Virus record (IMG/VR): IMGVR_UViG_3300020043_004032 | Span: 1 to 26,271 of that record | DNA length: 26,271 nucleotides | From: a virus | Lineage: Duplodnaviria > Caudoviricetes | Strand: one strand, 5' to 3' | Shown: piece by piece, positions 16,815-25,083 of the stretch | Layout of the letters: each line of letters begins with the position of its first letter | Numbering within the stretch: position 1 is the stretch's first letter | Translations under genes and position numbers: made by a program | Notes under the pieces: model-generated | Told to the model about the DNA's origin: nothing | Database searches by the model: none | Seen by the model: the letters and a program-made list of their open reading frames with translations, nothing else

Positions 16815-17333
16815 TTAACATCTGTTTAATTCTTTTGTAATTTTTAAATTCTGAATTTCGATAGCGTCCAGAGGATCGCTAAATATGTATTTTGAATTCC
16901 AGTTAGGGTTTGATGTTCCCCAAAAAGGTCTATCAATCTTTACGTGTTCCGGTCGATACTGATTGTTTGTCCATACAAAATGATATTTCAGTTCGTCCAT
17001 TAATGCTTCGTATATCGGTGAAAGTACTGGCTTGATTACGTTCGTGTATCTTTCTTGTGCATTGTAGTTTTTATCAGTAAATCCTACTATCGCGATGTTC
17101 AAACTATAATCTACCATGTCACCCCTATGTGTTTCCGGAATGTCCATCCGTAGAGCAATAAGCGGGTACTTCTGGTACTTGTAAACCTTATCCTGATCTT
17201 TCTCTTTCAGTCTGTTAGCAATCTCTAAAAAATGCCCATACATGTAGTAAGGCGCATCGTTATCAAGATCAAGCGTTATTCTAACCGCATTGCAGACTAA
17301 TTCAATATCATCAACGATATAGTTTACATCCAT
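16815..17333 (-). CDS. Putative tail terminator/completion protein
   Basis: 172 aa between the connector and major tail genes, with a KYPLIAL motif. Confidence 0.6.
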   Translation of the reverse strand: MDVNYIVDDIELVCNAVRITLDLDNDAPYYMYGHFLEIANRLKEKDQDKVYKYQKYPLIALRMDIPETHRGDMVDYSLNIAIVGFTDKNYNAQERYTNVIKPVLSPIYEALMDELKYHFVWTNNQYRPEHVKIDRPFWGTSNPNWNSKYIFSDPLDAIEIQNLKITKELNRC

Positions 17334-18007
17334 GACTTAAACCCCGGACTGGTAAACCAAAAATCATGATAGTCGGCTTCGTTAGCGGTGATAAATCCGT
17401 AAAGCGTATTTTCAACGCTGATCGGATAAGTAGGTAAATATCTATGACAAACCTCATCAAGTAGTCCGGCCTTTCTTGCGTAATTGTTATACGCGTTCAT
17501 TATCCTTCGGCCCGGATGTCTTAATGTCGAGTTTTCATTATTACCTACCACCACGCCAACTCCGGTGTGATTGTCGAATGTTGTCTCAAGCCACTCTGAA
17601 TAAATCAGAGGTCTTAAAAGTTTCATCATCCCAACCCACCTAAAGTCAACTCCGCCATACTGATACTTATCGCCTTTTTTAAGGCGTAACCATTTGTTGT
17701 TTTCTTCAGACAAAACCCAATTTGTTGAGTCTAAAGATGGCCTCACGTTGTTAGTGTGATCTGTTATTGCTTCGTAAATATTCAATCCATCAACTCTTTG
17801 CTGACCAATTGTATAAGCAATGTTAGTCCACTCTGACGGAAGTGATTCCAGTCCTTCCACGAAAGCATCGTAAAGAGTTTTGCCCAGCAACTTTTCAAGA
17901 TTATCCTGCTCAACTTCCTCAACAAAATCGGCAAAGGTATTTACTACCTTATCCAGATTAGGGATGGTGTAAGGCTGATCGTCAAAATCGCTGTACAAAA
18001 CAAACAT
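17324..18007 (-). CDS. Putative head-tail connector with inserted CBM5/12-like module
   Basis: Start re-assigned to ATG 18007, 2 nt after the previous stop. LEKLLGKTLYDAF helix, and an internal W..Y..G....Y.A...HT....P.....W pattern. Confidence 0.6.
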   Translation of the reverse strand: MFVLYSDFDDQPYTIPNLDKVVNTFADFVEEVEQDNLEKLLGKTLYDAFVEGLESLPSEWTNIAYTIGQQRVDGLNIYEAITDHTNNVRPSLDSTNWVLSEENNKWLRLKKGDKYQYGGVDFRWVGMMKLLRPLIYSEWLETTFDNHTGVGVVVGNNENSTLRHPGRRIMNAYNNYARKAGLLDEVCHRYLPTYPISVENTLYGFITANEADYHDFWFTSPGFKSWM

Positions 18008-18009
18008 AC

Positions 18010-18447
18010 TTATTTCTTTACTCTGTAAATTTTTGCGCCAAAACTTGCGGCCATCGTACCGGTACCAGTCCAACCAACTCGATAGTACAAGAAAGGACTG
18101 CCGTTAAGCCTCCAATGATACACGTTTGTTGCATCGGTCGCTGTTACTGTTGCAAGAGCGGTTTGTGTTTCTGCTATAGTGAGTGCTTTGAATTTTGTCC
18201 CGTCCAAAGAACCTTGCAGATAAATTGTGCCGCCTACAGTGCCGCTAATCTTGGTAACGTTTACCTGAATAGTGGTGTAAGTAACGTTAAGGTCTGCCAT
18301 CTTACGGGTGGTCACGTAAGATGTACCTGTATTGGTTACCGTGTCAATGGTCAGGTTTGTGCCAAGTGGATTGTAAAAATCTGCTACCTGTGCGCTTGCT
18401 GAAAAGGCTACCAGTCCAGCAAGTAAAATAAAAATTAACTTTTTCAT
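18010..18447 (-). CDS. Beta-sandwich capsid decoration-like protein with Sec signal peptide
   Basis: Starts 2 nt after the capsid stop. MKKLIFILLAGLVAFSASA|Q, with LQGSLDGTKF and YYRV strand motifs. Confidence 0.6.
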   Translation of the reverse strand: MKKLIFILLAGLVAFSASAQVADFYNPLGTNLTIDTVTNTGTSYVTTRKMADLNVTYTTIQVNVTKISGTVGGTIYLQGSLDGTKFKALTIAETQTALATVTATDATNVYHWRLNGSPFLYYRVGWTGTGTMAASFGAKIYRVKK

Positions 18448-18449
18448 TT

Positions 18450-19736
18450 TTATACTAATGTTAAAGCTGCAATTGCCGCATCAATGTCAGTGATTTTTGC
18501 GAAGCCTGAAACGTCTGCATTTCTTACCAAGTTGCAAAGGATTTGCTCTGCGCGAATAGTCCACTGGTTTTTCAGGAACTGATCGTTAACAAGTCCCATC
18601 TCGATAACTACACCTTCTTCGATGTAGGTAGTAGCATAAGAGAAATCACCGATCAACAAAGTTCCGGCAGTTACAACAGGTGTTTCAACTACCTGAACAC
18701 CGTCAACCCTCATACCGTCTGCTGATACAAAAGGAGGCAATACATAGTGTCCGTCAGTTGCCTTAATTACTTTCTGCTTGTAAACATCGGCAGGGTTCAT
18801 CAATACTACGTTAGGCATGTATTTGCTTTGAGCTCCGGTTGCATCGGATTTGTTTGAGATGTAAGTTTTCAAACTTGCAATCAAATCATAGATGTTTGGT
18901 TCTTTGGTGGTCTGATAACCGGGTAAGCTGGCCAAAGTAGCTGCTGAAGCGTATTCATAAACACCCTTGATATTGGGCGAAATACCGTCACCCTTGTAAA
19001 GTTGTTGGTCTTTTCTAAGTGCGTGGTTTCTGCGCAAAAGGCGGTCAATCTCACCAGCCACAAAAGAAAGATTTCTGTACGCCTGACGAGTTACAGGTAT
19101 GGTGTCAGCAATTGTTTGAAGGTTAGCTGAATACTCCTGCCATGTAATAGCGGATTCAGGCTTGTTACCGCTTCCAACGGTACGGCCTGTTAATTCTGCT
19201 ACCTCTGCCGCGTTGCGTGTTTCGGCTGTTACGTCCATATAACGGATCACACCGTTAGAATCAGCAATATCCTGAGCGGATAACTGAACTTGTGGGATAA
19301 CGCTTTCCATCACAAGGGCTCGGGTAGGCAACTGACCCATGCCGGGTAAACGAATGCCAAGAGTTGAGTTTGTTACGCTTGCACGTTCAACCATTGTCTT
19401 ATTGGCTGAAATGTAGAGCTTAACTTTTCCGTCCTCTTTAGAAAGTTTTTTGATTTCTTCACCCTTTTCAGCGATGATCTCATCAAATGATTTGCTTTCT
19501 TTTTGTTTGCCTGAGATCATTTTTTGAAGCTCAAAACCTTGCTTTTCAACTGCCTCGGTCAATGCTTTGATAGCGTTGTCTTTGAGACCGGCTTCTTCAA
19601 GTCGTTTAGCTAATACCTCGGAAGTTACAAGGCCCTTCGTTGCGGCCTCAACTTCTTTCTTTACAGAATCTGCAATCGCATGGCCGTTCTCTTTAGCGGC
19701 TTTCAATAACAGTTCTTGGATTTCTTTGTCTTCCAT
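18450..19736 (-). CDS. Major capsid protein, HK97 fold with N-terminal coiled-coil delta/scaffold domain
   Basis: About 110-aa charged helical N-terminus. Motifs KPES, LYKGDG..PNIKG, VLMNPAD, DGHY, LIGDFS and FLKNQWTIRAE. Confidence 0.95.
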   Translation of the reverse strand: MEDKEIQELLLKAAKENGHAIADSVKKEVEAATKGLVTSEVLAKRLEEAGLKDNAIKALTEAVEKQGFELQKMISGKQKESKSFDEIIAEKGEEIKKLSKEDGKVKLYISANKTMVERASVTNSTLGIRLPGMGQLPTRALVMESVIPQVQLSAQDIADSNGVIRYMDVTAETRNAAEVAELTGRTVGSGNKPESAITWQEYSANLQTIADTIPVTRQAYRNLSFVAGEIDRLLRRNHALRKDQQLYKGDGISPNIKGVYEYASAATLASLPGYQTTKEPNIYDLIASLKTYISNKSDATGAQSKYMPNVVLMNPADVYKQKVIKATDGHYVLPPFVSADGMRVDGVQVVETPVVTAGTLLIGDFSYATTYIEEGVVIEMGLVNDQFLKNQWTIRAEQILCNLVRNADVSGFAKITDIDAAIAALTLV

Positions 19737-19737
19737 T

Positions 19738-20568
19738 TTAAATGTGGTTAATTGGTTGGTAAAATTTAATTAGCTCACTTGCTTTGAGTGCTTTTGGCGG
19801 CTCCGCTTGGCCAGTGGTATTATCCGGCTTGCCTTTAGTTTGCTGTATATTCAAAGTTGGTGTTACCCAATTTGAGCCTCTTTTAACTGCGCTGCCCTCG
19901 ATAATCTTGGCCTCTGTTACTGCCCAAAAATATCCGGCTGCAAGCGCATCATCTTTGTTAGCGATTTCATCAAAGTACTTTTCCCAAATCGAAAACTCTT
20001 TTTCATAACGGTCATCATTAACAGCCAATTCAATCTTGACATATTGCATACCAACTGAATGCTGGTTTACTTTTCCTGTCCGGTACTTCTCGAACATGAA
20101 TTCGTTTTCTTCCTTGTCGATTATAGAATCGAATATTAGAGCCTGAGTTTTGCCTTCATAATTAATACCCATCTCATGCCAACTCATCTGCTTTGTAAAC
20201 GCTTTCACATTGTCAGAAATAGTACCCCTGAAATTGAATTGATGTTCTTGAATCAATGAAAACTTACCTTCCTTTAAAGACTTGTTCCATAGTTGATCCA
20301 GATGAACATCTCCGTGTGAGTCAAATAACTTTGTAGTGTTAATGATTGACCTTACCTTAATTTGAGTTGCATCAGAAGGTATTTGATAAACGCCAGAATC
20401 GTCAGCCTTGATAACAGAATCATCTTTATCAAAAATCAATTGAGTAAACGAAACAGCATCAGCCTCTTTGGTTGCGCTTTTCTTTTGAGAAATAAGTTTA
20501 GACTTATTTGCTACCAAATAGCCTATTAACTTTTCCTTATCTGCGAACTCTGGTAATTCGGGTTTCAT
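19738..20568 (-). CDS. Prohead maturation protease (HK97-type)
   Basis: DSHGD, EHQ, HSVG and IIEGSAV..GSN motifs. Directly upstream of the capsid gene. Confidence 0.85.
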   Translation of the reverse strand: MKPELPEFADKEKLIGYLVANKSKLISQKKSATKEADAVSFTQLIFDKDDSVIKADDSGVYQIPSDATQIKVRSIINTTKLFDSHGDVHLDQLWNKSLKEGKFSLIQEHQFNFRGTISDNVKAFTKQMSWHEMGINYEGKTQALIFDSIIDKEENEFMFEKYRTGKVNQHSVGMQYVKIELAVNDDRYEKEFSIWEKYFDEIANKDDALAAGYFWAVTEAKIIEGSAVKRGSNWVTPTLNIQQTKGKPDNTTGQAEPPKALKASELIKFYQPINHI

Positions 20569-20699
20569 TTCTTTACAATTTGTTTTTCTTTGACAATCTT
20601 CTCGCGGTCTGATTTTATTTTATTGATTTCTTTTACACCAAACCTTTCAGCCATCCTATCAATAGAATCTCGCATAGACGCCTTCTCCTTTCTGTTCAT
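20565..20699 (-). CDS. Small basic protein, 44 aa (not in ORF track)
   Basis: MNRKEKASMRDSIDRMAERFGVKEINKIKSDREKIVKEKQIVKK*. TGATG overlap upstream and ATGA overlap with the protease start. Confidence 0.75.
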   Translation of the reverse strand: MNRKEKASMRDSIDRMAERFGVKEINKIKSDREKIVKEKQIVKK

Positions 20700-20842
20700 C
20701 ACTCTTGAGGTAAAAGATGTTTAGGGTCTATCGGGTCAGCGTGTTTTATTGCGCTTTTCTTTTGGGCGATAAGCATAGACTTATTAGTGATTATCCAATC
20801 AACCAATTTTGACTTATCAGCAAATTCAGGAATAGCTACCAT
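20699..20842 (-). CDS. 47-aa paralog of the protease N-terminus (not in ORF track)
   Basis: MVAIPEFADKSKLVDWIITNKSMLIAQKKSAIKHADPIDPKHLLPQE*. 21/32 identical to protease PEFADK..KEAD, and overlaps both neighbours. Confidence 0.8.
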   Translation of the reverse strand: MVAIPEFADKSKLVDWIITNKSMLIAQKKSAIKHADPIDPKHLLPQE

Positions 20843-21300
20843 ACTATTTCAATTGTATCGTTTGCGTTACTCAACTTAAACCAGAACTTTCCCCTCGGAA
20901 CCCTCATAAAGAAAGAAGTCCCTGCAGCGTAAGACGGTGAATTATACATTACGTTACTGTATGTATTGAACTGTACTGTACCTGAATTAGTGGAGGGAAG
21001 TTTTACATACACGTCTATCCATGTGGGGATAAACTCAGGCAATGTGCCTTTTTTGATTCTTATTTCCTGAACCGATGTTGAGCCAACCGAATCAATCAAA
21101 TGAGGGTTTGTGGTTACCTCAATCTGACCAAATGCGCTAAGTCCAATTACCGAGAAAATAAAAATCAAAGTTTTTGTTACAAACTTTTGCTTTGCCTTCT
21201 CTGCTTTCATTCTTAGGATTTCTCCATAAGAAAGTTTTCTTGGCTTTTCTTCCGATGTTTCACGGGAAACCTCTGGATCATTCTTTTTCTTGCGTGCCAT
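20836..21300 (-). CDS. Hypothetical head-region protein with signal-peptide-like segment and beta-rich domain
   Basis: Charged N-terminus, then KTLIFIFSVIGLSAFG|Q. Alternative start at Met31 (21210). Confidence 0.7.
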   Translation of the reverse strand: MARKKKNDPEVSRETSEEKPRKLSYGEILRMKAEKAKQKFVTKTLIFIFSVIGLSAFGQIEVTTNPHLIDSVGSTSVQEIRIKKGTLPEFIPTWIDVYVKLPSTNSGTVQFNTYSNVMYNSPSYAAGTSFFMRVPRGKFWFKLSNANDTIEIVW

Positions 21301-22543
21301 ATTGTATTCCGAATTTTGTTAGTTCTTCCTGATATTGTTGTATTGAAATTGCCTGATCTTGTCTCGCCTTTGAAAGAGCGTTTACCATTGTTGTCAACGC
21401 ATCCCCTCTGCTCTTTAAATCTTCTTGGAAAATAGGTAAGTGCATGTAGTCGGCTATTACATTAGTCTGCGCTCCTTCCGGCTTAAAGTCATCCCATATC
21501 CCACCTACCCACTCGTTAGCCTCTGGTATTATCGTACGGATGTATAAACCTTTTTCGGCTGTGTGCTGATTCTCGTAAGTGCTTCCTTTGTGCCTTACAA
21601 ATAACTCTGCAGGAACCCCAAACGTGTCTAATGTCTTATCGAAGTCCTGCTGTAGCTCTTCAAATATTCCTAAGTTCATCGGGTTGTTAGTACCGGCCTG
21701 TACCCATGCTAAATCTGAATCTGTTACTATGGTTTGATTCTGACCGAATAGTGTACCATGCTTTGAGAACATGTTTTGAAGCGTATCACGATCTTCTTGC
21801 TTCAATGGGATTCCGCCCACAGTGTCTTTGCCTTTGTTCACCCATGCACCATTTGCGCCCCTATAGGCGAGTATCATTCCCCGGCTTTCGTAAGCCATCC
21901 GCATGTTATTGATTACCGCACTTAATGACTTTAGTTTGCTTTCACCCTTGATTAAATCTTTGTCGGTGTTGTTCTTAATAGCTACCCGATTGTCGTTAAA
22001 ATGTATTACTGAGTTTTCGGGTAGTTCATCCCAATCTTTTTCAGATTTAACTTTGTAGGTTACTTTAGGGCGTTCTGAGTGTAAGTAAAACGGTACTGAA
22101 TTGTCATACTTAGCTTTAACAATTAAGGGTGGAAGGGTGTATATTGATTTAACCCGGCTTAACTCTGGGCTGAATCCCAAAGGGAACAATCTGAAAAGGT
22201 ACTCGTTTCCGTGAATCTCCCTGAATAGTTTTGTCTGTATTAAAAACTCTTTGCCGCCCTGAAACCAGTTCGGATTGCTTAAAAGTTTTATTAGGGCTTG
22301 GCCTTCGCTGGTTTGTTTTTCGTTCCCTTCCTGATCGACTTCCTTTAACTTCATGTTAGAGAAAGCGCGGGCCTTCATGCTGATTACTGCGTTTATCTCT
22401 GGTATTTCAAGGAACGCTTTTTCATAATCAACATCTGCAAATGGGGATTTGGTAGATTGGAAAACGTAGAAATACCCATTACCTTCTTTCTTTACAGAAA
22501 ACAGGTTGGATATAATAGGAGGTACGAAATCACTTAGCCCCAA
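21278..22543 (-). CDS. Portal protein (HK97 family)
   Basis: LLSNPNWFQ, HGNEY, VIHF, GESKL, FGVPAEL and STYENQ motifs. Follows TerL. The TTG start is uncertain. Confidence 0.92.
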   Translation of the reverse strand: MGLSDFVPPIISNLFSVKKEGNGYFYVFQSTKSPFADVDYEKAFLEIPEINAVISMKARAFSNMKLKEVDQEGNEKQTSEGQALIKLLSNPNWFQGGKEFLIQTKLFREIHGNEYLFRLFPLGFSPELSRVKSIYTLPPLIVKAKYDNSVPFYLHSERPKVTYKVKSEKDWDELPENSVIHFNDNRVAIKNNTDKDLIKGESKLKSLSAVINNMRMAYESRGMILAYRGANGAWVNKGKDTVGGIPLKQEDRDTLQNMFSKHGTLFGQNQTIVTDSDLAWVQAGTNNPMNLGIFEELQQDFDKTLDTFGVPAELFVRHKGSTYENQHTAEKGLYIRTIIPEANEWVGGIWDDFKPEGAQTNVIADYMHLPIFQEDLKSRGDALTTMVNALSKARQDQAISIQQYQEELTKFGIQYGTQEKE

Positions 22544-22624
22544 TATTAGAATGTTTTCCCAAAGTTTGAAAGAAATCCAATAATGGAAAAACTTTTTATA
22601 AAATTTATTTTTGGGATTATTCTT

Positions 22625-23845
22625 TTATTGGGAAAGGTGAGCAAAATCACCTACTGCTGAGTAGCCACATGCGCTCCAGCAATCGTCATATTTGTCTATG
22701 GTCTCGGATAGTTGTATTCCGTCTACTACCCGATAGCAGAAGTTTTCCTGTTCGCGTTTAAAGTCTAAATCTTGGACTATGTGGATATTGAATTTCTTGA
22801 TTGTGGTAATCCAGTACTCCCGCGATCCGGGGAATTTCTTTGTAAGTAAAGCCCTGATACCAGCCCTGCGCATGTCGGCCACCCATCCTGTACCGGTGTT
22901 GGTGTTGTCCATATTCGTGTCACACCAGATGTGCGGAGGCCCGATTTTCTTTACAGCGTCTATTACCTGATCGGAAGTGTCGCAAGGCGAGTAGAATAGC
23001 TTCTGAAGGAATAAATCATTTTTCGGACTGTTTCTGCGAATGCCTGTTTTGACGATTACGGTCGGGTGAGACGTTCCAAAATCTAACCCGTGACTGATTT
23101 TTTCTACATCATCCGGGAATCGGTCGATAAACTTGACCTCTGGAAATACCAACCCTTCGCGGTTAGCCCTTAATCCTAACCCGTACACCTGCCATCGGTA
23201 CTTGTCTGCTGTTCCGTTGACTACGTTGGCGGGTATTTCTGGATTGTAGCTTTCAATTTCTTTGACTACCGACAAAGGCAAATGCCGATTGTTCATGTAG
23301 GTTGAGTGGGTGAAAACTGTATCGTCCCGCTTGGCGTAGTTAAAAAACCAGTGGTCAGTGTATTTCGGGTTCCAGTCTGCGATTATAAGTTTCTCGCATC
23401 GCATTATCCAGTTCTTAACCCGATCTTGATCGTAGCCTGAAAGAATCTCGTTAAAAAAAATTATGTCGGAACCGGTGGCTTCTTTGATTTCTTTGGCGTT
23501 ATCGTCAAGCCCTCTGAACTTTATCACCTGCCCGAATAGGTTGTAGTTTGGTTTTCCCTGATTGTCGGTATAGTTCCTTTGATCCCAAATACCCATCACG
23601 GTCAAACACGCCTGAAAGTCTTTTAGTAAGTATTCTTTGCAGTTTACCAGGGAATCCCGAAAAAAGTAAATATCAAGGCTTTTTTTTCGGTTCTGGTCGC
23701 ACAGCCAGACTATCAGGTGAATGGCATCCCATGTTTTAGAAGATCGGCTCCCGCCCTCGTTGCCGATTATTAGCTTTGAATCCGGTCGCTTATCAGCAAC
23801 CAGTCGGGCCATTTTGAAAAATAATTCGTTTGGTTCAAATTTCAC
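22625..23845 (-). CDS. terL: Terminase large subunit (PBSX/SPP1-like)
   Basis: Walker A GGSRSSKT, Walker B IIFFNE, coupling motif DWNP, YGLG, nuclease GLDFG and C-terminal DD. Confidence 0.95.
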   Translation of the reverse strand: MKFEPNELFFKMARLVADKRPDSKLIIGNEGGSRSSKTWDAIHLIVWLCDQNRKKSLDIYFFRDSLVNCKEYLLKDFQACLTVMGIWDQRNYTDNQGKPNYNLFGQVIKFRGLDDNAKEIKEATGSDIIFFNEILSGYDQDRVKNWIMRCEKLIIADWNPKYTDHWFFNYAKRDDTVFTHSTYMNNRHLPLSVVKEIESYNPEIPANVVNGTADKYRWQVYGLGLRANREGLVFPEVKFIDRFPDDVEKISHGLDFGTSHPTVIVKTGIRRNSPKNDLFLQKLFYSPCDTSDQVIDAVKKIGPPHIWCDTNMDNTNTGTGWVADMRRAGIRALLTKKFPGSREYWITTIKKFNIHIVQDLDFKREQENFCYRVVDGIQLSETIDKYDDCWSACGYSAVGDFAHLSQ

Positions 23846-23893
23846 GAAATTAAATTCCGTTTTGAAAGTGTTTTAACAGTGCGCATCAGAATA

Positions 23894-24379
23894 TTATTTC
23901 ATTTCCCCATCAATTACCTTACCGTCCACCATTGCCGTAATAACCGGATGCAAGTCCTTTCCGTTGCTGGTTATGTCGGTTTGCTCTTTTAATCCAAGAT
24001 CACGGGCGATTATGTTGGCGTTAAATGCCCCTACACTGGCACCTTCAAACTTTTGAGTGTAGATAATTTCCTCTATTGCGTGTATGATTTCGGGAAAACC
24101 TTTAGTTTTTGCGGCTGCTGTTTGTTTAAATTCACTCCAATATCCGCGATTTGCATTAAGGTAAAGACACAATCCGCTAAGAGTGTAAGGTGTTTCGGTT
24201 TCTCGGACAACCTCTTTGGCGTCCTTACCTACCCAATCCTTTTTTATCCATTTTCTTGCGTCTGTGGCCTCAAAATACTGTACTGCCGCTTCCCATAGTA
24301 AGTCAGGGGTACTGAAAAGCAAGTCCCTGCCATGCTTTGATCTTAGCTTCCAAAACTGATTTAATTTAGGTGCGCTCAT
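23894..24379 (-). CDS. terS: Terminase small subunit, P22 gp3-like
   Basis: MSAPKLNQFWKLRSKHGR..F.TPD.LWEAA..YF, TLSGLCLYL, IYTQKFEGA and NANIIARDLGL match the P22 gp3 pattern. Confidence 0.92.
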   Translation of the reverse strand: MSAPKLNQFWKLRSKHGRDLLFSTPDLLWEAAVQYFEATDARKWIKKDWVGKDAKEVVRETETPYTLSGLCLYLNANRGYWSEFKQTAAAKTKGFPEIIHAIEEIIYTQKFEGASVGAFNANIIARDLGLKEQTDITSNGKDLHPVITAMVDGKVIDGEMK

Positions 24380-24523
24380 AGTAGTGAATCTCGCATTTTA
24401 GATAGCTCTTCTAACCAATATCCATCAATCAATTTTTTTGTAACAAACAGCTTCATTGTTTTCAGTAAAAATGGGCATTCCATTAACGCGGTCGACAATC
24501 TTAAGTTTTGATAACTTCTCCAT
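24376..24523 (-). other. Small split ORF(s) upstream of terS
   Basis: A 32-aa ORF from ATG 24523 overlaps a +1-frame ORF that ends in an ATGA overlap with terS. Removing one A from an A7 run joins them into 48 aa. Confidence 0.35.
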
Positions 24524-24553
24524 TTGATCGGATGTATATTTATGTGGCACTTA

Positions 24554-24585
24554 CAAAACTGGTTAAAAATCCTTTAATTTCAAAG
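24554..24585 (-). promoter_or_regulatory. Candidate late promoter
   Basis: TTTG-N19-CAGTTTTG. Shares the 11-mer CTTTGAAATTA with the promoter at 1321-1331. Confidence 0.45.
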
Positions 24586-24652
24586 TTTCGGACGTAATTG
24601 TAACCTTGTTTCCGTTCCACTCGATATTCGTAGTTTGCCACCAAGTAGTGGG

Positions 24653-25000
24653 TTATTTGGTCATATTATCAATTGTTAATTTATTATGACAACAATCACA
24701 AGTAGACTTGTTTTGCCCTTCCAATATTACACCGTATTGATTTGGTTGATTTTCGGGGTCTGTTATTGCTTGAATAAGTGAACATAGATTGTTTACTACA
24801 ATATAGTAATCATGCGAATCTACACAGACTATTGGCGTATAATCTCCATCGTATCCTTTTTTTGCGTCAGTTTCCGCTGATTTTAAAATACTTAGAATTT
24901 CATTTCTAAGAATTGTTTCATTGTCTGTTTTCATATTATTTAGTTTGTTAATTGAATCACTCATTAGGGTTTCAATTGGTGTTAGGTCAAATTTTTCCAT
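24653..25000 (-). CDS. Hypothetical protein (cassette payload)
   Basis: 115 aa. The ATG directly follows the arm border AAAAAAGCG. Confidence 0.75.
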   Translation of the reverse strand: MEKFDLTPIETLMSDSINKLNNMKTDNETILRNEILSILKSAETDAKKGYDGDYTPIVCVDSHDYYIVVNNLCSLIQAITDPENQPNQYGVILEGQNKSTCDCCHNKLTIDNMTK

Positions 25001-25083
25001 CGCTTTTTTAATTTTTATTTTTAAAATGCCAGTGTTTCAAAGATAGTGTGAGTTCGCCACAAAACGACAACATACACCTGTTC
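25001..25083 (-). repeat. Cassette-like left arm (83 nt, from the spacer AAT to AGCG|ATG)
   Basis: Same position and similar length as arm 25662-25748, with a CACACT..TTT core, an AT-rich tract and a GCG|ATGGAA end. Confidence 0.6.

Noticed and set aside
22625-23845. Walker B reads NE rather than DE, suggesting an inactive terminase
   Set aside because: The catalytic Glu is retained and all other motifs are intact, so there is no evidence of inactivation.
2719-24298. Numerous plus-strand and nested ORFs of 60-117 aa in the track
   Set aside because: They are shadows of well-supported minus-strand genes and lack motifs or expression signals.
24526-24552. GCCACA..ATACA as a degenerate right arm for the 25001-25083 left arm
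   Set aside because: The match is short and gapped, with no CCGTGCGG border or terminal GTT. It could be chance.
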